From: Campylobacterales bacterium
GTDB lineage: Bacteria > Campylobacterota > Campylobacteria > Campylobacterales > Sulfurimonadaceae
Assembly: GCA_038205935.1 (NCBI GenBank)
Contig: JBBRBK010000042.1
Location: 1 to 16,236 of the forward strand
Length of the DNA stretch: 16,236 nt
Direction of reading: 5' to 3'
Below the pieces are notes generated by a model. It did not search any database and was not told the origin of the DNA. It saw nothing but the letters and a program-made list of their open reading frames with translations. Every line of letters starts with the position of its first letter. Positions within the stretch are counted from its first letter, which is position 1. The position numbers and the translations under genes were made by a program. Of this stretch, positions 1 to 8,335 are shown piece after piece.

Positions 1-1092
1 ACTACAATGAAGTCTGTTAGGTGGGATGAGGATACTTTAATTTTAAGTTTTGATCAAGATCTTGATCCTAAGCAAATTAAATATTTTACGATCCATGATA
101 CAAAACATAATCGTTTTCGGTATATTTTTGATATATCTTCATCCTCTTTGACAAAAAATCAAGCTTTAATAAAACAAGGAATTTCTAGAATAAAACTCAA
201 TCAATTTGATACAAAAACATTACGTCTTGTTTTTGAAGATCAAGATAAAATAAATCTTAGTTTTGATGTTAATGGTAATGATCTTAAAATCACGGTGATA
301 GCAGCAGATGCAAAGCCTGTTGGAGAATTATTTAAAGGTACGTCAGCGAAAGTAGAAGAGCCAAAAGAAGCAGAAGAGAGTTCTGAAGATATAAAAAAAT
401 ACTCTAAATCATTTAAGCAAAAAATCATTGTGATTGATCCAGGTCATGGTGGAAAAGATTCCGGAGCAATAGGATATAAAAACTATTATGAAAAAAATGT
501 TGTTTTGGACGTAGCCCAGAATGTGAGAAATATGCTTGTAAGCCGTGGATATAAAGTGTATATGACTAGAGATAACGATACTTTTATAGAGCTCAAAGAG
601 CGTACAGCTCTAGCCAATAGAAAAGATGCAGATCTTTTTATCTCAATTCATGCGAATGCAGTAAGTAGTGCAAGTGCTGATAGGGCTTGCGGCATTGAAA
701 CATACTTTTTATCTCCTTCAAGAAGTAGTAGAGCCACAAGGGTTGCTGCTATGGAAAACTCTACTGATATTTCAGATATGAATAGTTATGGCAAATCAAC
801 ATTTTTAAATTTCACAACGAACCTTACTCGTATTGCATCCAATAAACTCGCTATTGATGTACAAAAAGGTATTTTAGGTAATCTTAGAAAATATCATAAA
901 GATGTTGTGGATGCAGGCGTTCGTGAAGGTCCATTTTGGGTTTTAGTTGGGGCTCAAATGCCGGCAATTCTTGTAGAAATTGGTTTTATAACTAATCCGC
1001 AAGAATCACAAATGTTAATAGATAAGACATATGAGCAAAATATGGCTTATGGAATTGCTAATGGAGTTGATAGATATTTTATCAATAACTAA
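1..1092 (+). CDS. amiA: N-acetylmuramoyl-L-alanine amidase (AMIN-like region + Amidase_3 domain), probably 5'-truncated by the window edge
   Basis: Amidase_3 motifs IVIDPGHGGKDSGA, EK, ADLFISIHANA and VLVGAQMPAILVEIGFITN. The frame is open from base 1 (act aca atg) and no signal peptide is visible, so the true start is likely upstream. Confidence 0.92.
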   Translation, partial: TTMKSVRWDEDTLILSFDQDLDPKQIKYFTIHDTKHNRFRYIFDISSSSLTKNQALIKQGISRIKLNQFDTKTLRLVFEDQDKINLSFDVNGNDLKITVIAADAKPVGELFKGTSAKVEEPKEAEESSEDIKKYSKSFKQKIIVIDPGHGGKDSGAIGYKNYYEKNVVLDVAQNVRNMLVSRGYKVYMTRDNDTFIELKERTALANRKDADLFISIHANAVSSASADRACGIETYFLSPSRSSRATRVAAMENSTDISDMNSYGKSTFLNFTTNLTRIASNKLAIDVQKGILGNLRKYHKDVVDAGVREGPFWVLVGAQMPAILVEIGFITNPQESQMLIDKTYEQNMAYGIANGVDRYFINN

Positions 1093-1144
1093 GCAATCTG
1101 CTAAAATAATTACGGAAAAATAATTGAACGTGAGGAAATGCCAA

Positions 1145-1324
1145 ATGAATAATTTTATGAAAACTATTGTAAGTTTAGGAATGATCACAGCTGTCGTAAT
1201 GATGAGTGGATGTACTCAGGCTCCTACAAACAGTGCACATAATGGTGATGCACAATTATGGCAGCAGTTTCAGTCAAAGCAGGCAACAGATCAGCTAGAT
1301 AAAGAGCTTCCTACTCAAAAATAA
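1145..1324 (+). CDS. small hypothetical lipoprotein (~59 aa)
   Basis: GAGG RBS at 1132-1135 before ATG 1145. MKTIVSLGMITAVVMMSGC is a basic N-terminus, hydrophobic core and lipobox SG-C. Confidence 0.75.
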   Translation: MNNFMKTIVSLGMITAVVMMSGCTQAPTNSAHNGDAQLWQQFQSKQATDQLDKELPTQK

Positions 1325-1326
1325 GT

Positions 1327-1362
1327 CTTACATGTAAGAGTTCTTACTCTCTTACATGTAAG
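1327..1362. terminator. hairpin made of two CTTACATGTAAG palindromes; likely bidirectional terminator between convergent genes
   Basis: CTTACATGTAAGAG (1327-1340) pairs with CTCTTACATGTAAG (1349-1362), with an 8-nt loop. It lies between the stops at 1324 (+) and 1371 (-). Confidence 0.6.
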
Positions 1363-1370
1363 CTCAAAAC

Positions 1371-2627
1371 TCATTTCGAAAAATTTAAAGAGCAATCAGC
1401 GATGAGTCTTACATTTGTTTCATCAAAAGCTTTATTTTTGTATAGACTAGTAGATCCCTTAAGATAATCGAGATAAGCTAAACGAGTTCGTAATTGAAAA
1501 TTTTTCTCTATTTTATAAGTGGCATCAATGTTGTATTCATTTGAATCGGGGCGAGGGTTCTTTGTTAAAGAAAGAGGGTTTGATTGTAAGCTATCAACTT
1601 GATGGATATAAGCATATTTTGTGCTTATCGTAAAAGATGGATTAGGTGTATATGAGAGAATTGTTGCATAAGCAATAGCTCCGGCATTTTCGCTTTCTCC
1701 ATCGATTTGAAGATCGGTATATGTGAGAAAACTACTCCATCCCATCATCTCATAACGGCTTCCTGTACCAAGCAGTGCTTGACTCCCTATACGGGTGTAG
1801 AGTGCACTTAAACTCCATGCTCCATTTGAAAGCGCTCCTTTGAGTCCCAGTAGATAAGTATCCGCTTTTCCCGCAGCATTTTGTCCAATACTTTTTTCAC
1901 TTAGATATTGTAAGCCTCCAGAAAAGATTGATCCATTAGAGAAATCCAAGATATTTTTACTAGTGAGTTGTAAATAAGGAGCGTGCATCACATCTTGAAT
2001 ATAAGTATCATAAAACTCTACCTTCAAGTCACTATTTGGAGTATAGAGTGCTCCGATGATGGCAATATCACGTTTGATGCCTGATATATTTGTTGGAGAT
2101 TCAAAGTTGTTGTCTGTTTTATATTTCCATTTCGTGACATAAGCGGCTTTAAAGATGAGAGTATCTAAAGTATGATTTTCGATATTTAGTGCTTCAAAGC
2201 TGTTTGGAAGCATACGATTGTAGTAATCGTTTACAAGAGGAAAATCGAGTCTTTGGCGTCCAAGTTTAATGGAGCTATTATAACCGCTGTATTGCAAGTA
2301 TCCCTCGCCAAGCGTATTGATATTGTCTCCATCTGCTTGAAGATTTTGAGTTGCAGCAGAATCTGGCATGTGGTTGAGTGATGAGAGCGCATTACTTGAG
2401 TATAAAGCGGCTTTAGCGCTAAAACCTTCGTATGTACCGCTTTGTACTCCTACGATCCCACCTACAGTTAAAGAAGTGCGATTGATTTTAAGATCACGTC
2501 TGCCATCGTACCAAAATGCTCGAAGTTGCAGATCTAATCTACTGCCGGTAAAAAGTTCATCAACAGTTTGAGCATATGAGAGATTGAATGAAATTAGAGT
2601 AAAAGCTACTACTGCTTTGCGGTTCAT
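1371..2627 (-). CDS. OprD/Opr-family outer-membrane porin
   Basis: AAGGA RBS before ATG 2627 and signal peptide MNRKAVVAFTLISFNLSYA. Typical OprD segments LGEGYLQY, IKLGRQRLDFPL and RMLPNSFEA, with amphipathic beta strands ending ETNVRLIAD. Confidence 0.8.
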   Translation of the reverse strand: MNRKAVVAFTLISFNLSYAQTVDELFTGSRLDLQLRAFWYDGRRDLKINRTSLTVGGIVGVQSGTYEGFSAKAALYSSNALSSLNHMPDSAATQNLQADGDNINTLGEGYLQYSGYNSSIKLGRQRLDFPLVNDYYNRMLPNSFEALNIENHTLDTLIFKAAYVTKWKYKTDNNFESPTNISGIKRDIAIIGALYTPNSDLKVEFYDTYIQDVMHAPYLQLTSKNILDFSNGSIFSGGLQYLSEKSIGQNAAGKADTYLLGLKGALSNGAWSLSALYTRIGSQALLGTGSRYEMMGWSSFLTYTDLQIDGESENAGAIAYATILSYTPNPSFTISTKYAYIHQVDSLQSNPLSLTKNPRPDSNEYNIDATYKIEKNFQLRTRLAYLDYLKGSTSLYKNKAFDETNVRLIADCSLNFSK

Positions 2628-2693
2628 ACGACATCCTTGCACATTTTACTTTGTTGTTTAGGAGTTAAAGTGACATTGTATTTTGAAAATAAG

Positions 2694-2709
2694 CTCTTAC
2701 ATGTAAGAG
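2694..2709. repeat. CTTACATGTAAG palindrome (extends to 16 bp, CTCTTACATGTAAGAG)
   Basis: Perfect 12-mer at 2696-2707, 7 nt downstream of the DHH gene stop. It adjoins the hairpin AAGAGAGTT-TTT-AACTCTCTT (2705-2725). Confidence 0.95.
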
Positions 2710-2714
2710 AGTTT

Positions 2715-3794
2715 TTAACTCTCTTTTTTATATTCTAAATCCCCAGCAACAGCTTCTTTATCTGCTATAAGTTTTAAGATCTGATCTTTCACTTTGTCAT
2801 ATCTATATTGCTCTTTAAAGCCTATGATACGTCCTCCAGCAGCATTTGGATGTCCACCGCCATCTACCCATTCTTTTGATATCTGAGAGACGCTTACCTT
2901 GTTATTTGCACGAAAGCTCATTGTCCCTCTTGAACTTACATCAACGATAAAGTCATATTCGTCAAACTTAGTTAAAAAGCCATTTCCTACGATAGAAGTA
3001 TTTCCTACTCCATAGCTTAAAAAGCCTTTGTACCCTTTGTAGTAGATAGTCATCTGAGTAAATTTTTGTCCTAAAAGATTGACAATATAAGCAGTTGAGA
3101 GATTATCAAGCGTATCATCTTGTTCTGCCTTAAAAAACTCTTTTTTCATCTTATGAATTGCATCATCAAGAGCGATATTTGCTTTTTCATGGGAGATAAA
3201 TTCGACGGCTTGTTTTAAAAGTGAGATTTTATAAAATCTATCATCATCTCCAAAAGTTACACGGCTTAGCTCTCTTGTTTCAGAAATAAGACGCATACAA
3301 ACTTTTCCAAACTCAAAGTTAAACGCTTCTTCTTGTTTCCAAAGATCGACAGCGTTGACAATATTGACATATTTTTCCATCCACTCTTCTTCGTGAAGTT
3401 CAAAGTGTTCTTTTGCATAATCATAGGTAATTTTAGTCGCACTTCTTGTTGTGTCAAGAAAATACCAGCTAAATTTATTTGCACTATCTTGTCCGCTTCC
3501 ATGGTGATCAAGAAGGGTGATTTGAATCTCTCTTCCTTTTTCACGCAGCATATTTACTTCGCGATCAAGCCATCTTGCTTCATCCATTGTAAGGTTAAGA
3601 TCCGTGATGAGAATAGTTGCACTCTCAGTATTTGATTTAATGGTATCCATTATCTCATCAAGTCTGCTTCTCACCTCTGCACCGTAGTTTGCGTTAAAAC
3701 TTTTAATATTATGTGGTGTGTAGCTCATCACGAGTTGACAACTGTAACCATCTAGGTCAGTGTGAGAGAGATGGTAGATATTTTTACTATTCAA
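2715..3794 (-). CDS. DHH/DHHA1 family phosphoesterase (nanoRNase/NrnA-NrnB-like)
   Basis: Motifs HLSHTDLDG, LITDL, LLDHH and the DHHA1 GGGHPNAAGG. TTG start with AAAAGGAA upstream. Lies downstream of flhA. Confidence 0.88.
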   Translation of the reverse strand: MNSKNIYHLSHTDLDGYSCQLVMSYTPHNIKSFNANYGAEVRSRLDEIMDTIKSNTESATILITDLNLTMDEARWLDREVNMLREKGREIQITLLDHHGSGQDSANKFSWYFLDTTRSATKITYDYAKEHFELHEEEWMEKYVNIVNAVDLWKQEEAFNFEFGKVCMRLISETRELSRVTFGDDDRFYKISLLKQAVEFISHEKANIALDDAIHKMKKEFFKAEQDDTLDNLSTAYIVNLLGQKFTQMTIYYKGYKGFLSYGVGNTSIVGNGFLTKFDEYDFIVDVSSRGTMSFRANNKVSVSQISKEWVDGGGHPNAAGGRIIGFKEQYRYDKVKDQILKLIADKEAVAGDLEYKKES

Positions 3795-3821
3795 TGTATT
3801 TCCTTTTTGATTAACTAAAAT

Positions 3822-6005
3822 TTAGACGAGATTTATGGAGCCCATAACTTCAAATTTTGCGTTTGAATCTATCTCTGCATGTGAGAGTGTAACGACATCA
3901 AGGCTGAACCTTTCAAAAATCTCTGCAATCGGCTTACGGAGTTGTGGATCAACGATGATGATAACAGGTGAGATCCCTTTTTGAAGTACTTCGGTCGCTT
4001 TTTGACTGGTGACTTGGATGAGATTGTTAATCTCGCTGACATTAAGTAAGAGGTTTCTGACTCCATTATTTTCTTTTGATTTTTCTAGCATCATTTGCTC
4101 GCTTGCAGTAGAAAAAGTCAATAGATTAACAACACCATTGTCCCCGGTGTACATTTGAGTGATGACACGAGAAAGTTTTGCACGGACTTGCTCTGTGATG
4201 ATATCTACATTCTTTGTGTACTCTCCGATATCCGCAATCGTTTCTAAAATAGTGAGCATATCTTTAAGCGGTATTTTTTCATGTAGCAACGCCCTAAAGA
4301 CTCTTTGTATAAGTCCAATAGATGCAACTTTAAGAACATCATCAATAACGACAGGATAGTCTGTTTTAATTTTATCAACAAGAGACTGAACTTCTTGTCG
4401 AGTAAGAAGATCCTCAGCATAGCGCTTAACAAGCTCACTCATATGTGTTGAAATGACGGTTGCAGGATCGACAACAGTGTAGCCGTTAATGATGGCATCC
4501 TCTTTTTTATTTGGTGAGATCCAAATGGCATCAAGACCAAAGGCAGGCTCTTTTGTTGCTTCACCTTCCATATCTCCTGTTGCCATTCCGCTGTCCATTG
4601 CCAAAAATTTATCAGGGATGATTGTTCCCTCGCCGATAGAGATCCCTTTTAAAAGGATCTGATATTGGTTTGGTTTGAGATGCAAATTATCACGGATACG
4701 AACCTGAGGCATCAAAAATCCAAAATCTGAAGCAATTTTTCTTCTCATAGATCGGATTCTCTCGAGCAAATCGCCACCTTGAGCAGCATCTGCAAGACGG
4801 ATGAGTTGATAGCCAAGGGTGAGTTCTAACATTTCTACTTTTAAGATATCTTCTAGTGCTGCTTCCTCTTCTTTTGCTATATCCGCACTCGATTTTGGCG
4901 GAGCTTTGGTTGGGACACTGGTATCAGGCTGTCCATTTTTAAGTTTAGTTTTTGTCTCACCTGAAAGTGGAGCAAGGGTGTTAAGAATGGTAAGTTCGCC
5001 GAGTTCATATTTATAAAGAGCATATCCAAGACCGAGAAAGACTAACCCGACAAAGCCCATAGAAAGTGTAGGAAGTCCTGGAACAAGAGCAAACATGATC
5101 ATAATCGCACCCACGATAATCATGATCTTCGCATTTCCCATCATCTGCTTGATGGTCCCCTCAGCAAAGTTATCGCCATCGCTCGATGAACGTGTAATCA
5201 TAATACCTGTTGCTGTCGAGATGATAAGGGCTGGAATTTGTCCGACAAGGCCATCTCCAATGGTAAGGATGGTAAACGTTGCCGCACTATCCGAGACACT
5301 CATATTGTGTTGGAAAACACCAATTAAAAATCCACCGATAATATTGACAAGGGTGATAAGAATACCCGCAACGGCGTCTCCTTTTACAAACTTACTAGAA
5401 CCGTCCATCGCTCCATAAAAGTTTGCATCTTGAAGAATCTCTGCCCGTCTTTGTTTTGCTTGTGCATCATCGATAAGTCCAGCATTTAAGTCCGCATCAA
5501 CTGCCATCTGTTTACCAGGCATTGAATCAAGTGTAAAACGCGCTGCAACCTCCGCAACCCTTCCAGCACCTTTGGTGATAACCATAAAGTTGATAATGAC
5601 AAGAATGGAGAAAACAATGATACCAATAACAAAATTTCCCCCTACAACAAAATTTCCAAAGCTGGTGATGATGTCACTCACCGCCTGTGGTCCCTCGCTT
5701 CCATGACTTAAAATCATCCTTGTTGTTGCGACATTGAGAGAAAGGCGAAAGAGGGTGACGATCAAAATGATCGTTGGAAATGTAGTTAAATCCGTTGGTT
5801 TTGGAATGTATAAAGAGATAAGAAGAATTAAAACAGCAATAGCAATCGAGATAGTAAGAAATAGATCAAGAAGACCGCTAGGAAGCGGAACGATAATGAT
5901 AGCGATGATGGCGACAACAAAAAATACAACGCCTAAATCGCGTTGGCCAAGTAAAAAATTAAGAATTTGGCTAATCTGTTTTCTAAAAGGTACTTGCTTT
6001 GCCAA
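3822..6005 (-). CDS. flhA: flagellar export gate protein FlhA
   Basis: FHIPEP signature RVAEVAARFTLDSMPGKQMAVDADLNAG and FYGAMDGSSKFVKGDA, N-terminal TM helices, cytoplasmic domain with GYTVVDPATVISTH. 727 aa. Confidence 0.98.
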   Translation of the reverse strand: MAKQVPFRKQISQILNFLLGQRDLGVVFFVVAIIAIIIVPLPSGLLDLFLTISIAIAVLILLISLYIPKPTDLTTFPTIILIVTLFRLSLNVATTRMILSHGSEGPQAVSDIITSFGNFVVGGNFVIGIIVFSILVIINFMVITKGAGRVAEVAARFTLDSMPGKQMAVDADLNAGLIDDAQAKQRRAEILQDANFYGAMDGSSKFVKGDAVAGILITLVNIIGGFLIGVFQHNMSVSDSAATFTILTIGDGLVGQIPALIISTATGIMITRSSSDGDNFAEGTIKQMMGNAKIMIIVGAIMIMFALVPGLPTLSMGFVGLVFLGLGYALYKYELGELTILNTLAPLSGETKTKLKNGQPDTSVPTKAPPKSSADIAKEEEAALEDILKVEMLELTLGYQLIRLADAAQGGDLLERIRSMRRKIASDFGFLMPQVRIRDNLHLKPNQYQILLKGISIGEGTIIPDKFLAMDSGMATGDMEGEATKEPAFGLDAIWISPNKKEDAIINGYTVVDPATVISTHMSELVKRYAEDLLTRQEVQSLVDKIKTDYPVVIDDVLKVASIGLIQRVFRALLHEKIPLKDMLTILETIADIGEYTKNVDIITEQVRAKLSRVITQMYTGDNGVVNLLTFSTASEQMMLEKSKENNGVRNLLLNVSEINNLIQVTSQKATEVLQKGISPVIIIVDPQLRKPIAEIFERFSLDVVTLSHAEIDSNAKFEVMGSINLV

Positions 6006-6008
6006 ATG

Positions 6009-6413
6009 TTACTCTTCTATTAAATCTGCGATTGTTACTGTGTCTAAAAAATTATCAATTTTTCCCTGAAGTCTGTTTAAAAATGGCCAAAGTGAGCATG
6101 ATTTTGCTTGATCGGATGGACAAGACTCAGTTGAAGGAGAACAGTCAAATACGGCTGGACCTTTGCCTTCTACTGCGCGCATAACTTCTAAAATAGTGAT
6201 CTCTTTACTGTCTCGGATAAGTTCAAATCCACCGTTCACACCTTTAAAAGACTGTAATATATGGTGTCTTGTAAGTGATTGGAGAATCTTAGATAAAAAG
6301 CTTTTAGAAATATTGAGCTCTTTTGAAAGTGTATCTGAGTCCATAGCTCCTGATGTCTTTGCTAATACTACTAAAGCTAAAAGAGCGTATTCGCTCGCAC
6401 GTGTCATTAACAT
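6009..6413 (-). CDS. Rrf2-family transcriptional regulator with three C-terminal Cys (putative Fe-S ligands)
   Basis: MLMTRASEYAL...LSKILQSL...SFKGVNGGFEL...TILEVMRAVEG wHTH and C-x7-C-x7-C. Start moved to ATG 6413 because of an AGGAA RBS and a TATAAT box at 6451-6456 inside the longer ORF. Confidence 0.92.
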   Translation of the reverse strand: MLMTRASEYALLALVVLAKTSGAMDSDTLSKELNISKSFLSKILQSLTRHHILQSFKGVNGGFELIRDSKEITILEVMRAVEGKGPAVFDCSPSTESCPSDQAKSCSLWPFLNRLQGKIDNFLDTVTIADLIEE

Positions 6414-6450
6414 AATATATTTATTTCCTAAAATTCTATAAAGTAGAGAC

Positions 6451-6458
6451 ATTATATC
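6451..6458 (-). promoter_or_regulatory. sigma70 -10 box for the Rrf2-flhA-DHH operon
   Basis: Minus strand reads GATATAAT, fitting the gnTAnAAT pattern, about 37 nt upstream of ATG 6413. Confidence 0.55.
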
Positions 6459-6503
6459 CAAAAAAATATTTTACAAAGTGATTATGATATTTAAGAGATT
6501 TTA

Positions 6504-6511
6504 GATACAAT
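6504..6511 (+). promoter_or_regulatory. sigma70 -10 box for rpsO
   Basis: GATACAAT (gnTAnAAT) about 52 nt upstream of the start; AGGAGG RBS at 6553-6558. Confidence 0.5.
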
Positions 6512-6563
6512 TTCGCCTCGGCTTTTTAAGAAGCTAGATTATTATACCCATCAGGAGGCTATT

Positions 6564-6839
6564 ATGGCTTTAGATTCGGCTAAAAAATTAGAAATTGTTG
6601 CAAAATTCGGACGCAGTGAAACTGATACTGGTTCAAGTGAAGTTCAAATCGCACTTTTAACTACTCGTATTGTAGAATTAACTTCTCACCTTAAAATATT
6701 TAAAAAAGATCACGCATCTCGTTTAGGTCTTTTGAAACTTGTTGGTCAACGTCGTCGTTTGATGCGTTACTTCAAATCTAAAAACAGAGAAGCGTACAAC
6801 AAAATTGTTGCAGATCTTGGTATCCGCGATAACATCTAA
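6564..6839 (+). CDS. rpsO: 30S ribosomal protein S15
   Basis: [13 protein letters not shown]...[28 protein letters not shown]; strong RBS. Confidence 0.99.
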   Translation: MALDSAKKLEIVAKFGRSETDTGSSEVQIALLTTRIVELTSHLKIFKKDHASRLGLLKLVGQRRRLMRYFKSKNREAYNKIVADLGIRDNI

Positions 6840-6845
6840 TTCTCA

Positions 6846-6883
6846 TTTTCTAAATAGTCCGTTTATTGGACTATTTGAGAAAA
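6846..6883. terminator. hairpin between convergent rpsO and kdsB
   Basis: AAATAGTCC (6852-6860) / GGACTATTT (6868-6876) 9-bp stem, extended by TTTTCT/AGAAAA. It overlaps the kdsB stop. Confidence 0.6.
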
Positions 6884-7590
6884 ATCTCTACCGCTCTTTT
6901 TAAATCCTCTTCTGTATCTATCCCAAAACCTGTACTTGAAACTTTTACCATTGAAATCTTTTTTTGGTGAAACACGGCGCGAAGTTGTTCTAGTTTTTCT
7001 ATATCTTCGATTGGCGCATCGCTTAGATTACAAAACTCATACAAGCTTTTTTTCGTAAATCCATAGATTCCGATATGTCCAAAATAGGTTGCTTCGCCGC
7101 TTCTGTTAAACGGAATAGGGCTTCTTGAAAAATAGATGGCATTTTCTTGGTCATCCAAGATCACTTTTACAAGGTTTGGGTCTTGCGCTGATTCACTGTT
7201 GATAGTATTAAAACAGCTTCCCATCACAAACTCTGCATTCTCAGATTTGAGTTTTTCTAGTCTTTTGACAAGCGCTTCTACGACAGAAATCTCTATGAAT
7301 GGCTCATCCGCTTGGACGTTGATAATAAGTTCATCATCTGGAATGTCAAGGAGTTGCGCACATTCGTTGATACGATCTGTTCCACTTTTATGTGTGAGTG
7401 AAGTCATTCTCGCTTCAATGCCATAAGCCTTACATGTAGCCATAATCTTTTCATCATCAGTTGCCACAACGACCTTGTCGATGGCACTGACAGCTTTAGC
7501 TGTACGCACGACCATCGGTAAACCACCGATATCTGCTAAAACTTTTTCAGGAAATCTTGTAGAAGCTAGGCGTGCTGGAATAATTATCAT
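6871..7590 (-). CDS. kdsB: 3-deoxy-manno-octulosonate cytidylyltransferase (CMP-Kdo synthetase)
   Basis: IIPARLASTRFPEKVLADIGG, SGTDRINE, NVQADEPF, AIYFSRSPIP, EKLEQLRA and GIDTEEDL. Confidence 0.97.
   Translation of the reverse strand: MIIIPARLASTRFPEKVLADIGGLPMVVRTAKAVSAIDKVVVATDDEKIMATCKAYGIEARMTSLTHKSGTDRINECAQLLDIPDDELIINVQADEPFIEISVVEALVKRLEKLKSENAEFVMGSCFNTINSESAQDPNLVKVILDDQENAIYFSRSPIPFNRSGEATYFGHIGIYGFTKKSLYEFCNLSDAPIEDIEKLEQLRAVFHQKKISMVKVSSTGFGIDTEEDLKRAVEIFLK
7429..7440. repeat. degenerate palindrome copy CTTACATGTAGC (10/12) inside kdsB
   Basis: Minus strand gct aca tgt aag encodes A-T-C-K. Confidence 0.6.
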
Positions 7591-7602
7591 TTAATACCCT
7601 TA

Positions 7603-7626
7603 TTGTATAATTACAAAATTATATCA
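7603..7626. promoter_or_regulatory. overlapping divergent -10 boxes for kdsB (-) and the methyltransferase operon (+)
   Basis: TATAAT at 7606-7611 (+) and TGATATAAT extended -10 at 7618-7626 (-), within a ~49-bp intergenic gap. Confidence 0.5.
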
Positions 7627-7639
7627 AAAAAGGGTGTTT

Positions 7640-8335
7640 ATGACACTGTATCAGCCAGAGTCGGGTTATTGTTTTAACAGCGATTCTATTTATCTCTATG
7701 ATTTTATAAACTCCTTTAAACCTCGCGGTCGCCTTCTTGATGTGGGTGCGGGATGTGGAATCGTCGGGCTTTTGGTGGCACGAGATAATGAAAAAGTAGA
7801 ACTACATGCTGTTGAAAAACAGGAGATCTTTGTCAAGTATGCGACAAAAAATGCACAACAGAATGAGATAGCCTACACGATACACCATACCGATTTTTTA
7901 GAGTTTCAAGATAGTAAAGGGTTTGATTATATCGTTTCCAATCCTCCCTTTTACCATGATGGAGCCGCACGTAGCGAAGATCCGATGCTTTATACGGCAA
8001 GATACAATGTCAATCTTCCGCTGAAGCAATTCTTTGCAAAAGTATTTAAACTCTTATCTCATCAAGGGCATTTTATTTTTTGTTATGATGCTAAGCAGTT
8101 TGCGCTTCTTTGTGCCGAACTCAGCGTTGCTAGATTAAGAGTAGTTGATGTACAATTCGTGCATTCAAAAAGTGATAAAAGTGCGTCTTTAGTGATGTTA
8201 CATGTAAGGAAAAACTCCAAATCACTTTTAAATATCTTACCGCCGTTTATAGCTTTTGAAGGAGATAAATTTTCCAAAGCTTCAGAGGCAGTCTATGAAA
8301 AAGCAAGGACGAACAGTATAAAATGTCAGATTTAA
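7640..8335 (+). CDS. tRNA1(Val) (adenine37-N6)-methyltransferase family SAM-dependent methyltransferase (YfiC/TrmN6-like)
   Basis: LYQPESGYCFNSDS N-terminus, motif I LLDVGAGCG, motif IV SNPPF and late QFVH segment. AAGGG RBS favours ATG 7640 over GTG 7634. Confidence 0.8.
   Translation: MTLYQPESGYCFNSDSIYLYDFINSFKPRGRLLDVGAGCGIVGLLVARDNEKVELHAVEKQEIFVKYATKNAQQNEIAYTIHHTDFLEFQDSKGFDYIVSNPPFYHDGAARSEDPMLYTARYNVNLPLKQFFAKVFKLLSHQGHFIFCYDAKQFALLCAELSVARLRVVDVQFVHSKSDKSASLVMLHVRKNSKSLLNILPPFIAFEGDKFSKASEAVYEKARTNSIKCQI
8197..8208. repeat. palindrome copy GTTACATGTAAG (11/12) inside the methyltransferase gene
   Basis: atg tta cat gta agg encodes M-L-H-V-R. Confidence 0.8.

Noticed and set aside
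7640..8335. NPPF methyltransferase as the DNA methyltransferase recognising the palindrome
   Set aside because: Size, N-terminal YQP...FNSDS segment and housekeeping operon context fit the tRNA m6A37 (YfiC-like) family. No target-recognition domain or restriction partner is evident.
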